Assembly: GCA_965208615.1 (NCBI GenBank)
Contig: CBDBPB010000007.1
Coordinates: 384,001-448,000 of the forward strand
DNA from: Spirochaetota bacterium
GTDB lineage: Bacteria; Spirochaetota; UBA6919; CBDBPB01
Reading direction: 5' to 3'
DNA: 64,000 bases
Shown here: piece by piece, positions 9,863 through 20,574 of the stretch
Layout of the letters: the number at the start of each line of letters is the position of its first letter
Position numbering within the stretch: the stretch's first letter is position 1
The notes under the pieces: model-generated
The model's input: the letters and a program-made list of their open reading frames with translations, nothing else
The model's database searches: none
What the model was told of the DNA's origin: nothing
Made by a program: the position numbers and the translations under genes

Positions 9863-11356
9863 CTATTTTGATATTAACTGTCTATAATATGATCTTACTT
9901 TTTTTATGTGAACAGAGTTAGGATATTTATTTATATACTGTTTTAGTAGGGTTATACTTTTATATTTTTGTTTATTCGACTTATATATATTTGCTAAAGC
10001 GATATACGGCAAATATAAGGACTGATTTTCTTTGATTGCTTCGTTAAGATATTTTATAGCATCATTTATTTTATTAAGCTTGGTATAAATCATTCCTTTG
10101 TAGTATTTTAGTTCAGCTTTTTTATTTATGTTGCTTATCCAGCTTAACACTTCTTTAGCCTGATAAAGGTCATTAACGTAATAATAAACTACGCCTTGGT
10201 GGAAGTACTCTAAATCTTTTGATTTTTTGACTCTATAAAGTTGAGCTAAGAGTTCTCTAGAATTAACATCTTTTGGCTCTAGCGCTAAGGATTTCTCGAA
10301 GTACTTTATTGCAAGTTCACTTTTTTTAAGCTTAGAATATGAGTTAGCGGCCACAACGTGAAGGGGATGATTATTTGGAAATATTTTTATTCCTGATAGT
10401 GATATCTTAAGAGCATTTTTATATTGTTTTTGTCTAAGGTGTATTTGGGATAAGTCATAAACAAATTCACTTTCTTTTGGATAGCGGTTAATAGCTATTT
10501 TAGCTTCATTTTCAGCTTTATCATACGTAGCATTCTCAATTAGTATAGCAAGATAAAGTTTTAATAAGCTTTTATTTTTACGGAAGGACTTAATTTTTTT
10601 AAGATTTTCTATTGCTTTTGGATAGCTTCTTTCTAAGAAATACCCTTTAGCAAACATTGTATAGCCTTTAGTTTTTTTATTTATTTTCATAAGGGTTTTA
10701 GCAAGGCCAATATAGCCCCTATGGGAGTATGGATTAGTATTTATTAGTTTATTGAATAGCTTTATAGCCTTATTATAATTCTTAATATGATGGTAACTAT
10801 TTGCTAAGCCAAAAACTACAGACTGATGATTAGGATTAATATTATAAGCTTTTTTAAAGGCGTTTATAGCATTAGGATATTCTTTTCTTTTTAGATAAAT
10901 ACTTCCTAGGTTAGTCCAGGCAATAACATTATCCTTAAGGAGGTTAGTTGTAATTTTATGGTTTTTTAGAGCGAGATCTAAGTTGCCTAACCTTTGATAA
11001 ATATAACCAACCAGAGAATGAAGTTTAGCTTTTTCTTGAATATAGTTTTTATTATTTTGCTTTATTGATTTTATGGCTTTTTTAAGGTGGACTAATGCTT
11101 TTTCATATTTACCAAGATAGAATAGCGATTTAGCCATAAGAGAGTTTATTTTATAATTTCTATTATTTTTTGGTACCTTTGAGAGTAGGGCTAATGCTTT
11201 ATTAAACTTATGGTTTTTAATCATGGCCTTAGCATTCTTGATAGTCTGTTTTGATGGTATATTTAATTGTTTTGCCTCTGCAGATGGGCTTTGACAATAG
11301 CTTATGGGTATTATCATAAATATTATTAACAAGTTATAAATATATTTTATATTCAT
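9863..11356 (-). CDS. TPR-repeat protein, putative lipoprotein
   Basis: Many TPR-like repeats (AWTNLGSIY..., VVFGLANSY...); signal peptide with ISYC; coupled to metG by TAATG. Confidence 0.85.
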   Translation of the reverse strand: MNIKYIYNLLIIFMIIPISYCQSPSAEAKQLNIPSKQTIKNAKAMIKNHKFNKALALLSKVPKNNRNYKINSLMAKSLFYLGKYEKALVHLKKAIKSIKQNNKNYIQEKAKLHSLVGYIYQRLGNLDLALKNHKITTNLLKDNVIAWTNLGSIYLKRKEYPNAINAFKKAYNINPNHQSVVFGLANSYHHIKNYNKAIKLFNKLINTNPYSHRGYIGLAKTLMKINKKTKGYTMFAKGYFLERSYPKAIENLKKIKSFRKNKSLLKLYLAILIENATYDKAENEAKIAINRYPKESEFVYDLSQIHLRQKQYKNALKISLSGIKIFPNNHPLHVVAANSYSKLKKSELAIKYFEKSLALEPKDVNSRELLAQLYRVKKSKDLEYFHQGVVYYYVNDLYQAKEVLSWISNINKKAELKYYKGMIYTKLNKINDAIKYLNEAIKENQSLYLPYIALANIYKSNKQKYKSITLLKQYINKYPNSVHIKKVRSYYRQLISK

Positions 11357-13383
11357 TAGCTTACCTTAGCCCCTTCTTTTATATAGCTTACTGGTGAGAT
11401 TATAGTTAACTGCTCATCACTACCGGCGCATAATATCATACCATTGGATTCCTCACCCATTATCTTTGTTTTTTTAAGGTTATTAACGACTACAACTTGT
11501 TTATTAATAAGCTCATCCGGCATATAGTGATTAGCTATACCAGATATTACTTGTTGTATATTATCATCGATTTTGATTTGTAATTTTAATAACTTTTTAG
11601 ATCCCTTTAGTTTTTCACATCGGATAACAGTTCCAATTTTGAGATCAATTTTATTAAAGTCGTCTATGGATATAGTATTTTTATTGTTAGTTTGTTTTGT
11701 TATTTGTTTATGGAACTCGTTTAACACCTTTTTTATTGTTTTATCGTCAATTTTAGAAAATAAAAGATCAATATTGCCAATTTTACTATTTTCTTTTATT
11801 TTTAGGTTTTTTATGGAGTCCCATGATATCTTATTGACCTCACCACTTTCACCTATCATATTCCACATTTTTTGGCTGGACTCTGGTATAAATGGATAGC
11901 TTAAGGGAGAAATAGTTTTAATAATCAGAATACAGTTGTGAATTACAGTACTACACCTATTTTTATCTATTTTGATAAGGTTCCATGGTTTTTGGTGATC
12001 AAAGTATTGATTACCCATACGGGCGTAGTCTATTACGTGGAATATTGCTTCTCTTACTTTAAAGTTTGACAGGGCATCTCCTATTATAGATGGCATAGTT
12101 TTTATAGTATTTATTATGTGGTTATCCGTGTTATCCAGTTTTGATTGTGGTGGTATTATGCTGTTGAAGTTCTTTTTTATAAAAGTTAGAGTTCGGTTTA
12201 TGAAGTTACCTAATACGTTATTTAGTTCTGAGTTATTTTTTTCTTGTAGGTTTTTCCATGAGAAGTCTGAGTCTTTAGTTTCTGGAGACATGGCAGCCAG
12301 ATAATATCTTAATGAATCGGATGAAAAATGTTTAATGTAGTCATCCACCCAAACAACGTTACCCTTAGAGGTTGATAGTTTTTCACCTTCTATAGTTAGG
12401 TGTTCATTAGCGGGTACATCGTATGGCAGGGTATAATTGCTTTTTTGTCCCATTAATATTGCTGTCCAGACTATTATGTGGAAGGGTATATTATCTTTTC
12501 CGATAAAGTGTACTATTTTACAATCTGGATTCAACCAGTAGTCTTTCCACTTATCAGGATTATTTATATTTTTGCTCCACTCTATGGTAGAGGATATATA
12601 ACCGATTGGAGCATCGAACCAAACATAAAGAACTTTACCATCAGCATTATTTAGTGGAACTTTTACTCCCCAGTCAATATCACGGGTAATAGCTCTTTCA
12701 TTTAGTCCTTCTTTTATCCACGATAGAGCAAACTTTTTTACATTACTTTTAAGGTTATGTTTATTATTAAGCCATTGTTTTATTTTATCTTGGAACTTAT
12801 CCAAGCCCAAGAACCAGTGTTTAGTATTTTTTAGTATAGGACTATTATTACAGTTTTTGCATTTGGGATTAATTAGTTTTTCAGGTTCTATCCATTTACC
12901 ACATTTAGGACATTCATCACCTCTTGCCTGTTCAAAACTACAGTTTGGACATACTCCCTCAAGAAAACGGTCTGGGAGAAACATTTTATCATGTTCGCAA
13001 TAAAACTGCTTAACTGTTTTTTCTGATATATATCCATTTTCTTTTAGCCTTAAAAAAAACTCTTTGGATAGTTCATGGTGTATTGGCCTTGCTGTACCAG
13101 AAAAGTTATCAAAGTTAATATTTAGTTTTTTAAAGCTATTTAGCATATTAAGATGATAATAGTCAACGATTTTTTGTGGTTCTACTCCATCTTGTTTGGC
13201 TCTTAGGGTAATAGGTACACCATGTTCATCGCTACCACAAATATATATAATATCATTACCCTTCATTTTGTTGTATTTTACAAATATATCAGCTGGTAGA
13301 TATGCTCCTGCTATATGGCCTATATGTATTGGTCCATTGGCGTATGGCAAAGCACTTGTTACTAATATTTTTTCTTTATTCAT
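11356..13383 (-). CDS. metG: Methionine--tRNA ligase with C-terminal tRNA-binding domain
   Basis: ALPYANG, HIGH, Zn knuckle, KLSTS, OB-fold tail GEESNGM. Confidence 0.98.
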   Translation of the reverse strand: MNKEKILVTSALPYANGPIHIGHIAGAYLPADIFVKYNKMKGNDIIYICGSDEHGVPITLRAKQDGVEPQKIVDYYHLNMLNSFKKLNINFDNFSGTARPIHHELSKEFFLRLKENGYISEKTVKQFYCEHDKMFLPDRFLEGVCPNCSFEQARGDECPKCGKWIEPEKLINPKCKNCNNSPILKNTKHWFLGLDKFQDKIKQWLNNKHNLKSNVKKFALSWIKEGLNERAITRDIDWGVKVPLNNADGKVLYVWFDAPIGYISSTIEWSKNINNPDKWKDYWLNPDCKIVHFIGKDNIPFHIIVWTAILMGQKSNYTLPYDVPANEHLTIEGEKLSTSKGNVVWVDDYIKHFSSDSLRYYLAAMSPETKDSDFSWKNLQEKNNSELNNVLGNFINRTLTFIKKNFNSIIPPQSKLDNTDNHIINTIKTMPSIIGDALSNFKVREAIFHVIDYARMGNQYFDHQKPWNLIKIDKNRCSTVIHNCILIIKTISPLSYPFIPESSQKMWNMIGESGEVNKISWDSIKNLKIKENSKIGNIDLLFSKIDDKTIKKVLNEFHKQITKQTNNKNTISIDDFNKIDLKIGTVIRCEKLKGSKKLLKLQIKIDDNIQQVISGIANHYMPDELINKQVVVVNNLKKTKIMGEESNGMILCAGSDEQLTIISPVSYIKEGAKVS

Positions 13384-13399
13384 TTGTATATATACTCCT

Positions 13400-14842
13400 T
13401 TATAGTCTTATAGAGTCGGCAGGTTTTTGCATGGATGCTTTTTTAGCAGGAAAATAAGATGCTAATAACGATACAAAGATTGCTCCAACGCACTGTAATA
13501 AAATATCTGAATAGTTAAACTGGTATGGAAAGGTTTTTAAGTAAAACACACTGGGATCCATAAAATAAAACTTATTAGGATAATTAAGATTAAGAGCCTC
13601 GCCAGCTATACTAAAAGTAAAGGTCATTATGCCATTTATGATAACTTCAATAAAGTTAATAATTTCCTTTAACGAAAGGGTTATAAGAAAGCCCATTAGA
13701 TTACCTAAACTAATTCCGATAAAGCTTATAAAGAGTCCTTCAAAGACAAATATTAGTTGTATGGTTTTAGGCTTAGCTCCAATGGCTTTTAGAATGGCAA
13801 TTTCTTTATACTTATCCATTATAACCACGTGTAGGGCAATAAAGATAGTTAAAAAAGCTGAGAGTACTAAAAAATAAAGAAGGAACTTCATCATTTTTTT
13901 TTCTTGAGCAAAGTCTTTAAATATGCCTTCTTCTAATGTATTTGTGACTAACAGGTTGGGGTATTCTTTTTTAATAAGATCAATAGCCTTATAGGCTCCA
14001 TATTTAAAGTTTATGCCAATGTTAGTGGGTATTTTATTAAGTCCAAAGACATTTTCTATAGCCTTAAAATTAATAAATATGAGGCTTTTATTAAATTTAG
14101 CATAATCAGCTGAGTAGAAGTTTTCAACGGTCAAAGTTTTAAAGTTCTCTGGATCAGAGTCGAGGATAATATCCCCTTGGGGTATAAGGAGTTTTATTTT
14201 ATCCCCTTTGTATACGTTTATATATCTACTAAGTGCGTCTCCTATAACGATGCCGTTTATTTTCTTTATTTGAAATAGGCTATTATTGCTTTTTTTAATA
14301 CTATATTCCTTAAAGTCTTTTTGATATAGGTTTTTAGTTGCATCAGAGCCTTTGAGACTTGGTAGTTTTTTAAAGTGTTTTAATTTAATATCTTTTTCAG
14401 TTTTATTTATATAGTCAAAAAAGCTATGTTTTGAGATGATTTTAAAAGTTTTGGTAAAGTTGTGATTTAATAAAATATCTTTATTATAAAATGCTTTAAC
14501 TGTTACAAAACGTATAGTTTCACCTTTATCAATACTAATAAGACCCTTGCTTTCAAAGAATGGGATAGCTAATTCAACGTTAGGCATAGCTCTTAATTTG
14601 TGTAGAACTTCGTTATAGTAGTTAAGATGATAATATTTATCTCTAAGTTTGTATTGGAAGTCAGCACCTATAACTTTTTCTTTTATACTCTGATGGAACC
14701 CATTAATAACCGACAGAACAACTATAGGAATTGATATTGCAAGGGTTACAGTTAAAATAGAAATTAATAATAGCTTGGATATAAAAAGATTGTCTTTTTT
14801 TGACTTTAAGTATCTGCAGGATATAAATATTTCAAAGTTCAT
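13400..14842 (-). CDS. Lipoprotein-releasing ABC transporter permease LolC/E family
   Basis: RYLKSK, LSVINGF, EIAILKAIGA, YFPAKKAS..PA..IR FtsX-like motifs. Confidence 0.88.
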   Translation of the reverse strand: MNFEIFISCRYLKSKKDNLFISKLLLISILTVTLAISIPIVVLSVINGFHQSIKEKVIGADFQYKLRDKYYHLNYYNEVLHKLRAMPNVELAIPFFESKGLISIDKGETIRFVTVKAFYNKDILLNHNFTKTFKIISKHSFFDYINKTEKDIKLKHFKKLPSLKGSDATKNLYQKDFKEYSIKKSNNSLFQIKKINGIVIGDALSRYINVYKGDKIKLLIPQGDIILDSDPENFKTLTVENFYSADYAKFNKSLIFINFKAIENVFGLNKIPTNIGINFKYGAYKAIDLIKKEYPNLLVTNTLEEGIFKDFAQEKKMMKFLLYFLVLSAFLTIFIALHVVIMDKYKEIAILKAIGAKPKTIQLIFVFEGLFISFIGISLGNLMGFLITLSLKEIINFIEVIINGIMTFTFSIAGEALNLNYPNKFYFMDPSVFYLKTFPYQFNYSDILLQCVGAIFVSLLASYFPAKKASMQKPADSIRL

Positions 14843-14914
14843 AACCTATGATTAATTTTAAGATAAACCCCACATTAATATACAGATGACTAAATAAAGA
14901 ATATTTTAAGGAGT

Positions 14915-14941
14915 TAGCCAAATAATTAGTTTATTTGGCTA
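14915..14941 (-). terminator. Hairpin after oxidoreductase operon
   Basis: TAGCCAAATAA-ttagt-TTATTTGGCTA. Confidence 0.55.
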
Positions 14942-14960
14942 TATTGATCAGCTAATTATA

Positions 14961-16541
14961 TTATTGTATAATACCAGCCATTTCTTGTAGATGTCTCCAG
15001 TGATTTAAGCGTTCTTTTTGAGTTTGAATAAGGACTTCTGATGGATTCCCATTTTTATCAAAGTGTTTAGCAAAGCGTCCTTCGCTTTTGGCAAAGCGTA
15101 TAAAGTCAACTACTTCCCCAGTTTTTGATAGGGTATACCAATCTTTTTCTTTAGCAGGGTTACCCTTTAGATCAAGCCTATCACTAATTTTATCCCCTCT
15201 TCGTGGGTCATAGGTATATATAGGGAATGCTCTAGAGTCGGTAGCTAGTTTTGCCTGATGCATGGACATATCATCAGGTACCCCATGTTCGGGCTGACAA
15301 GTGTTATATACGCTAATAAGGGAAGGCCCAGGAAATTCATTAGCCTCCATAATAGCCTTATAAAAATGATTAATATGTGCGGGAGTGCTTTGAGCAACAT
15401 ATACATTAGGATGCATCATGGCTAATAGGCCAATTTCTTTACGTCTTTCGGTTTTGCCGGGTATAGCCTTACCATGGTATGATAATTTAGCATCCTGTCC
15501 CATATAGCTAGCGCTAGAAGTTTGTCCACCAGTATTTGAGTATACTTGAGTATCCAAAACGATTATGTTAACATTCAAATCAGATGTTAATAATCTTGAA
15601 AGAGGCTGAAATCCAATATCTAATAGTGCACCATCACCTCCAACAGCCCAAACTTTTTTATCTTGCCATCCAATGGAATCCCATCTTAGTCTAACGCCTA
15701 TAGCGTCAGTACATACATTTTCAAATAGAGAGTTAGTCCAGGGTACTTTAAAAGGATTATATGGATAGGTAGAGCCATAAACAGTATTACACCCAGTAGC
15801 CGCTATAATACCCATACTATTTTCGCCGTATACAAAGCCAGTAGCCGCTAATAGCATTCTAAGAGCAGTTACCTCACCACAGCCCATACATGAACCAGCA
15901 CCTCCAACATATAATAAGGTTCTATAGGCTAACATCATATCAACCAATGCCTTTTCACTAATATATTCAGCAGGTGTTTCTGGTAGTTTTTCGTAAAAGC
16001 TCCAAATCTTTTTGAACTCTGGTATGTTAGAGTCATCTTTTTCTATCATCTTAAGGGCATTGTTATTACCACAAACCTCTACACACTCAGCACAACCCTT
16101 ACACTTAGTAATATCCATAAATATACCAAAAAGTCCACCTTCTTTACCTTTTCGCTCAGGAGTCTTAAAAAACTTACCTGTTTCGGCAAACTGAGCCTTT
16201 AAAAGGCCTTGATCAGCATTAGGTTCTTTTTCTATCATATCAGGTAGCTTTGACTTAGGAACAACCTTACCCAAAATAGCAGTATCAGGACACTGAACAA
16301 CACATTCCATACAGCCAACACAATTTTCAGCAATAAACTCAGGAATGTCAGGGGCAATATAGCTAAAATCCCTTAAAGAACCAGTAGCAGGAGCTATTAA
16401 ACTCCTTGCAGTGGTAAGGTCAGCTTCTAAGGTATGTTCTCCAATTCCTTTATTATATGCATCTACAACACGATTATTAAAATCATTAACGTCTATAATT
16501 GTATTATCAATAGCCTTATTTGGTGATTTATTTTTACTCAT
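14961..16541 (-). CDS. 2-oxoacid:ferredoxin oxidoreductase, ferredoxin + TPP-binding (delta+beta) subunit
   Basis: CVGCMECVVQCP, CKGCAECVEVC, GSCMGCGE, GGDG, DTQVYSNTGGQ. Confidence 0.92.
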   Translation of the reverse strand: MSKNKSPNKAIDNTIIDVNDFNNRVVDAYNKGIGEHTLEADLTTARSLIAPATGSLRDFSYIAPDIPEFIAENCVGCMECVVQCPDTAILGKVVPKSKLPDMIEKEPNADQGLLKAQFAETGKFFKTPERKGKEGGLFGIFMDITKCKGCAECVEVCGNNNALKMIEKDDSNIPEFKKIWSFYEKLPETPAEYISEKALVDMMLAYRTLLYVGGAGSCMGCGEVTALRMLLAATGFVYGENSMGIIAATGCNTVYGSTYPYNPFKVPWTNSLFENVCTDAIGVRLRWDSIGWQDKKVWAVGGDGALLDIGFQPLSRLLTSDLNVNIIVLDTQVYSNTGGQTSSASYMGQDAKLSYHGKAIPGKTERRKEIGLLAMMHPNVYVAQSTPAHINHFYKAIMEANEFPGPSLISVYNTCQPEHGVPDDMSMHQAKLATDSRAFPIYTYDPRRGDKISDRLDLKGNPAKEKDWYTLSKTGEVVDFIRFAKSEGRFAKHFDKNGNPSEVLIQTQKERLNHWRHLQEMAGIIQ

Positions 16542-16597
16542 AACATTTATCCTCGCTTCTATAGGGTTTTGTATAGTCTAACCTAAAGCATAAAACT

Positions 16598-18601
16598 CTA
16601 AATATAACACTGATCTCCAAGTACTACCCTTGCTTTACTGTCCTTGCATCCATTTTTAAGACAGTCTTTATCGGCATTTATGAGGTCTCTTGGAATTTCA
16701 AAAACTTCGTTATAGCCTCTGGTAACAGCATTCATATTATCTTTTACAACCTGTTCACCACGCTTACCAAAGTACTTTCTGATTATTTTTTCAACACCTT
16801 CAAATATTTTATCTTTGGTAATACCAAACTCCTTTTCGTAAGGAGTAGATTTTAAAAATACCCCAAGAAGAACTATACCCTGCATTCTTTGTACTAAGTC
16901 TGCCTTAGTAGCACAGTCTCTCGCAATTTTAATAGTGTCTAAACCAAGAACTCTTATATTCTTTTTATATATAATAGCTTTTGCATAGTCTGGTATTGTT
17001 TTCCATAGGTTTTCTGGGCCTTCTTCTGTGGTGTGGACAAATAATAATCCATTTTCTTCTAGGCCAACTAAGGGATTACCGGCATGAAAAGCATTGGCAT
17101 CATTTAATGGAACAAAGTTTATACGGTCTAATTCATTGTGAGTTCTAATTTTATCAGGGGATACAGCTAAATAATAATTAGTAGGTAGTCCCTTTTTCTC
17201 AGAGCCATACTTTGGATAAGCCTGTACAAAAAAACCAAAGAGTTCAGCCACTACACTGGCTATAACTTTATTAGTTGTAACAGAACCGTATCCACCAACT
17301 GAGTGACCACGCATAGCAAAAAAGCCTTTTGTTCGAGGATCAACATCATTAACGCTTTCAATAGCGTATTCATGTTTAATTCCGATGGTAAAATATCGTT
17401 TTCCATTGGATTCCATATTTTCAAATACTGCTCTAATATCCTTAGGGGTAACATCACGACTTCCTAGTCCTGCACTACCAGAAAAAACAACTGGTATTCT
17501 ATCTATTTTAGGATAACCTTCAGCTCCGACTAGTGCATCCGTAAAAGAAGCTTTAATATCGGTAGTTAACGGATTAGACTGCCCCATAGGGTTATCCATT
17601 CTTTCAATAACAGATATAGCCTTAACATTCTTTAGAGCCTCAACTATATCCGCTCCTGGGAAAGGTCTAAAACATGAAATGTTTAAGGCACCTACTTTTT
17701 TACCCTCTTTTTCTCTTAAGTAGTCTACAGTTACCATTGCAGTCTCAATAGTGGAACCCATAGCTACCACTGCATATTCAGCATCATCCAATTTATACTT
17801 TTCTATTAAGTCGTATTTTCGACCAGTTAGTTTATGATATTCACCCATAGCCTCTTTTATTGTTTTCTCAATTTTTTCATAATAGTTCCTTTGGGCGATT
17901 TTACCTTTCATATAGCTGTCTTGATTTTGGACAACACCACTGGCAACAGGATTATATACATCCATGAGGTTATATATTTTATCTTCTGCCCTACCAACAT
18001 AGTTTTTCATTAATTCGGGTTCTGGTAAGAATACACTTTCAATGGTATGACTTGTAATAAAGCCGTCTTGGATATTCAAAAAGGGTATATGAGAGTTTTC
18101 TGATGCTCTTCTACAAATTAATGCAAAGTCAGCTATTTCTTGAGCATTTTTTGCAAATAGCATAGCCCATCCACAGTCTGACACGCCCATTACATCATCA
18201 TGCCCAGCGTGTATGTTAAGAGAGTGAGAGGTTAAAGCTCTTGCCGCAATATTAAATACCATAGGAAGACGTTTTCCAGATATAGTATATAATACTTCTT
18301 TCATAAGTATTAGGCCTTGACCTGATGTGAAGTTAGATACTCTTCCTCCGGCCAATGCAAAGCCTTCACAAGTACTTGCAGAGCTATGCTCTGACTCTAA
18401 CTCGATAAATTGTATATTCTCATCCCACAGATTTTTTTTACCATTGGCAATTTCCATTTGTACACCAATAGCCATATTTGTGGAAGGAGTAATAGGATAA
18501 GCACAAGCTGCCTGAGTTATATGTGATTCCACCCAAACAACAGAACCAGTTCCATCTGTAGTTGTTTCTATACCTCGATAAGGAAAATCCCCTGATGACA
18601 T
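16598..18601 (-). CDS. 2-oxoacid (pyruvate):ferredoxin oxidoreductase, alpha+gamma subunit
   Basis: YPITPST, ESEH, FTSGQGL, GGYGSV, YGSEKKG; ATG at 18601 has GGAGG SD. Confidence 0.92.
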   Translation of the reverse strand: MSSGDFPYRGIETTTDGTGSVVWVESHITQAACAYPITPSTNMAIGVQMEIANGKKNLWDENIQFIELESEHSSASTCEGFALAGGRVSNFTSGQGLILMKEVLYTISGKRLPMVFNIAARALTSHSLNIHAGHDDVMGVSDCGWAMLFAKNAQEIADFALICRRASENSHIPFLNIQDGFITSHTIESVFLPEPELMKNYVGRAEDKIYNLMDVYNPVASGVVQNQDSYMKGKIAQRNYYEKIEKTIKEAMGEYHKLTGRKYDLIEKYKLDDAEYAVVAMGSTIETAMVTVDYLREKEGKKVGALNISCFRPFPGADIVEALKNVKAISVIERMDNPMGQSNPLTTDIKASFTDALVGAEGYPKIDRIPVVFSGSAGLGSRDVTPKDIRAVFENMESNGKRYFTIGIKHEYAIESVNDVDPRTKGFFAMRGHSVGGYGSVTTNKVIASVVAELFGFFVQAYPKYGSEKKGLPTNYYLAVSPDKIRTHNELDRINFVPLNDANAFHAGNPLVGLEENGLLFVHTTEEGPENLWKTIPDYAKAIIYKKNIRVLGLDTIKIARDCATKADLVQRMQGIVLLGVFLKSTPYEKEFGITKDKIFEGVEKIIRKYFGKRGEQVVKDNMNAVTRGYNEVFEIPRDLINADKDCLKNGCKDSKARVVLGDQCYI

Positions 18602-19018
18602 CCGCTTGACCTCCAACAAAGTTAGGTAATATTTATAAAATATTATATTTTAAACAAGTTTATAAAAATATAACACCCCATCCTATTAGTTGACTAACTT
18701 TTATCTATAATTAAAAGTTTAATTTCTATAACATATTAAGCTTTTAATCCTTTATGTAAGGCAACTAATTTAGCTATGATTGGTATTAAATTATATAATT
18801 TTGTTTATTAGGTCAAACAATTTTTTTTATTTCTAAATAGTTAGCTTTTTTTATAAATCATTTAATGAACTTTTATATATCTTTTTAACTTGTATATCTA
18901 AAGTTAAGCCTTTATTATAAAACTTATTGACAATTAAAAAAATCATAGGTATTTTAGCATAATATCGATAATATTAATTTATAATTATAACTATTTTAAG
19001 ATTCTAACATAGAACATT

Positions 19019-19492
19019 ATGAAAAGCAATAAATTAGAATATTTTTATCCTATACTACTAATGATTTTTACATTAATTTTTTTATACTTCTTTATTTTTG
19101 GTGATAATGGTTATTATGCTCATAAAAAAAAGTTAAATGACTTATATAATTTAAAAAAAGCTAATAAGAAGCTTTACTCTAAAATATCTTATTATAAAAA
19201 AAGAATAAAAAATCTAAAGAGAATGAATATGACTACCCTGGAAGAAGAAGCTAGACAAATCCCACTTAAAAAAAAGGGAGAGTATATTGTTAAACTTTAT
19301 GACAAAGAATGGATAAAAAACCTTGTACTATCTTATGAAAGGCAGATGAATAAAGAATTAAGAACCTCTAAGGAGCTAAATAGCTTTACTTTTAAGTATA
19401 AGATGATATTTGTATTATCAATTAGTTTACTTTTGGCATTTATTTTAACATTTATATTGCCCAAAATAGCACTTTATAGAAAGCATATCTAA
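19019..19492 (+). CDS. Septum formation initiator (FtsB/DivIC-like) with extra C-terminal TM helix
   Basis: TM + FGDNG + coiled coil + EEEAR..L.K.GE. Confidence 0.75.
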   Translation: MKSNKLEYFYPILLMIFTLIFLYFFIFGDNGYYAHKKKLNDLYNLKKANKKLYSKISYYKKRIKNLKRMNMTTLEEEARQIPLKKKGEYIVKLYDKEWIKNLVLSYERQMNKELRTSKELNSFTFKYKMIFVLSISLLLAFILTFILPKIALYRKHI

Positions 19493-19496
19493 ATAA

Positions 19497-20504
19497 TCAA
19501 TATTTTAAATATTCTGGTACATTAATGTTAAGTAAGTTATATACTTTTATAATTGCCCTTTTAGTTACTTTTATTAAGAGTTTAGCTATATATAGCTTGC
19601 TTATTAGTGGATATAACTTTGAGTATAATTTCCAGTGAAAAGGTCTACGATAATAGCTAGTATATTTTTTTGTTAACTTTTTATCAGTAAATGGTTTATC
19701 AGGTAGGTAAAAAGGTTCAGATATTTTATAGTTAAGATCATTTACCAAAATAGTAGACTTAGGATTAAGTCCATGAGTACCATCATTATCAAAGCCAATA
19801 CTATTTACAAGAGACTTAATAGGACATAGACAAAGACCATTTTCTATGTGTTGAAAGTAAAAAAAAATAGTAGCCCAACTGTCGACTACTTTGCCTTCAA
19901 TTACGTTTTTAAATAAGGTACCCCAAAAAGGTAGTTTAAGTACTTTTTTAATTTTCTTTAGGTCTACAATATCACTAAAGTTAGATTCGAAGTCAGCTTT
20001 TTCCCATCTGTCTTTCCAGGTAGCAAATCCCCAACATATCATAATAGGGTTAAAATATACTTTTTCTTTATTATAGTGTTTAGGAATAGGAAAAGCACAG
20101 GGGGGTGGGCTATAACCACTTATAGAAAAGACATTTTTGGTATTTTCATATTTATTTAGTGCACTATTTATGTATTCCAAAAAATATGGATGGGTTAGTA
20201 CATCATCCTCTACAACTATAAAGCGATCATAGTGTTTTAAGATATCTTTTACTCCATTACAGTAGTTTTTAGATAATCCAAAGTTTTTAGTCCGTTCTAT
20301 TATGGTTATTGACTTAAACCCCTTAATAGTTTTTATATATTTTCTTACATTATCTACTTTTTCTTTATCTTCATTTGTTTTAGGGCAGTCAGAGTATATA
20401 AATACATCACTTTTGTCAGCAAGTTTACTTTTTAGTAAGGCTTCTATAACAAGTTTAGTTGCTTTTGGTCTTCTAAATACAAATATTATAATAGGTGCAA
20501 GCAT
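19497..20504 (-). CDS. Glycosyltransferase, GT-A fold
   Basis: FVFRRP, N.GL, VEDD, CWGFATW..RW, DSW, N.IGFD..GTH. Confidence 0.88.
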   Translation of the reverse strand: MLAPIIIFVFRRPKATKLVIEALLKSKLADKSDVFIYSDCPKTNEDKEKVDNVRKYIKTIKGFKSITIIERTKNFGLSKNYCNGVKDILKHYDRFIVVEDDVLTHPYFLEYINSALNKYENTKNVFSISGYSPPPCAFPIPKHYNKEKVYFNPIMICWGFATWKDRWEKADFESNFSDIVDLKKIKKVLKLPFWGTLFKNVIEGKVVDSWATIFFYFQHIENGLCLCPIKSLVNSIGFDNDGTHGLNPKSTILVNDLNYKISEPFYLPDKPFTDKKLTKKYTSYYRRPFHWKLYSKLYPLISKLYIAKLLIKVTKRAIIKVYNLLNINVPEYLKY

Positions 20505-20574
20505 ATTACCCCTCGAATTAATTGTTAAGTAAAATAATATTGTAAAATTATAGAAAAGTCAATGTTATAGTAGG

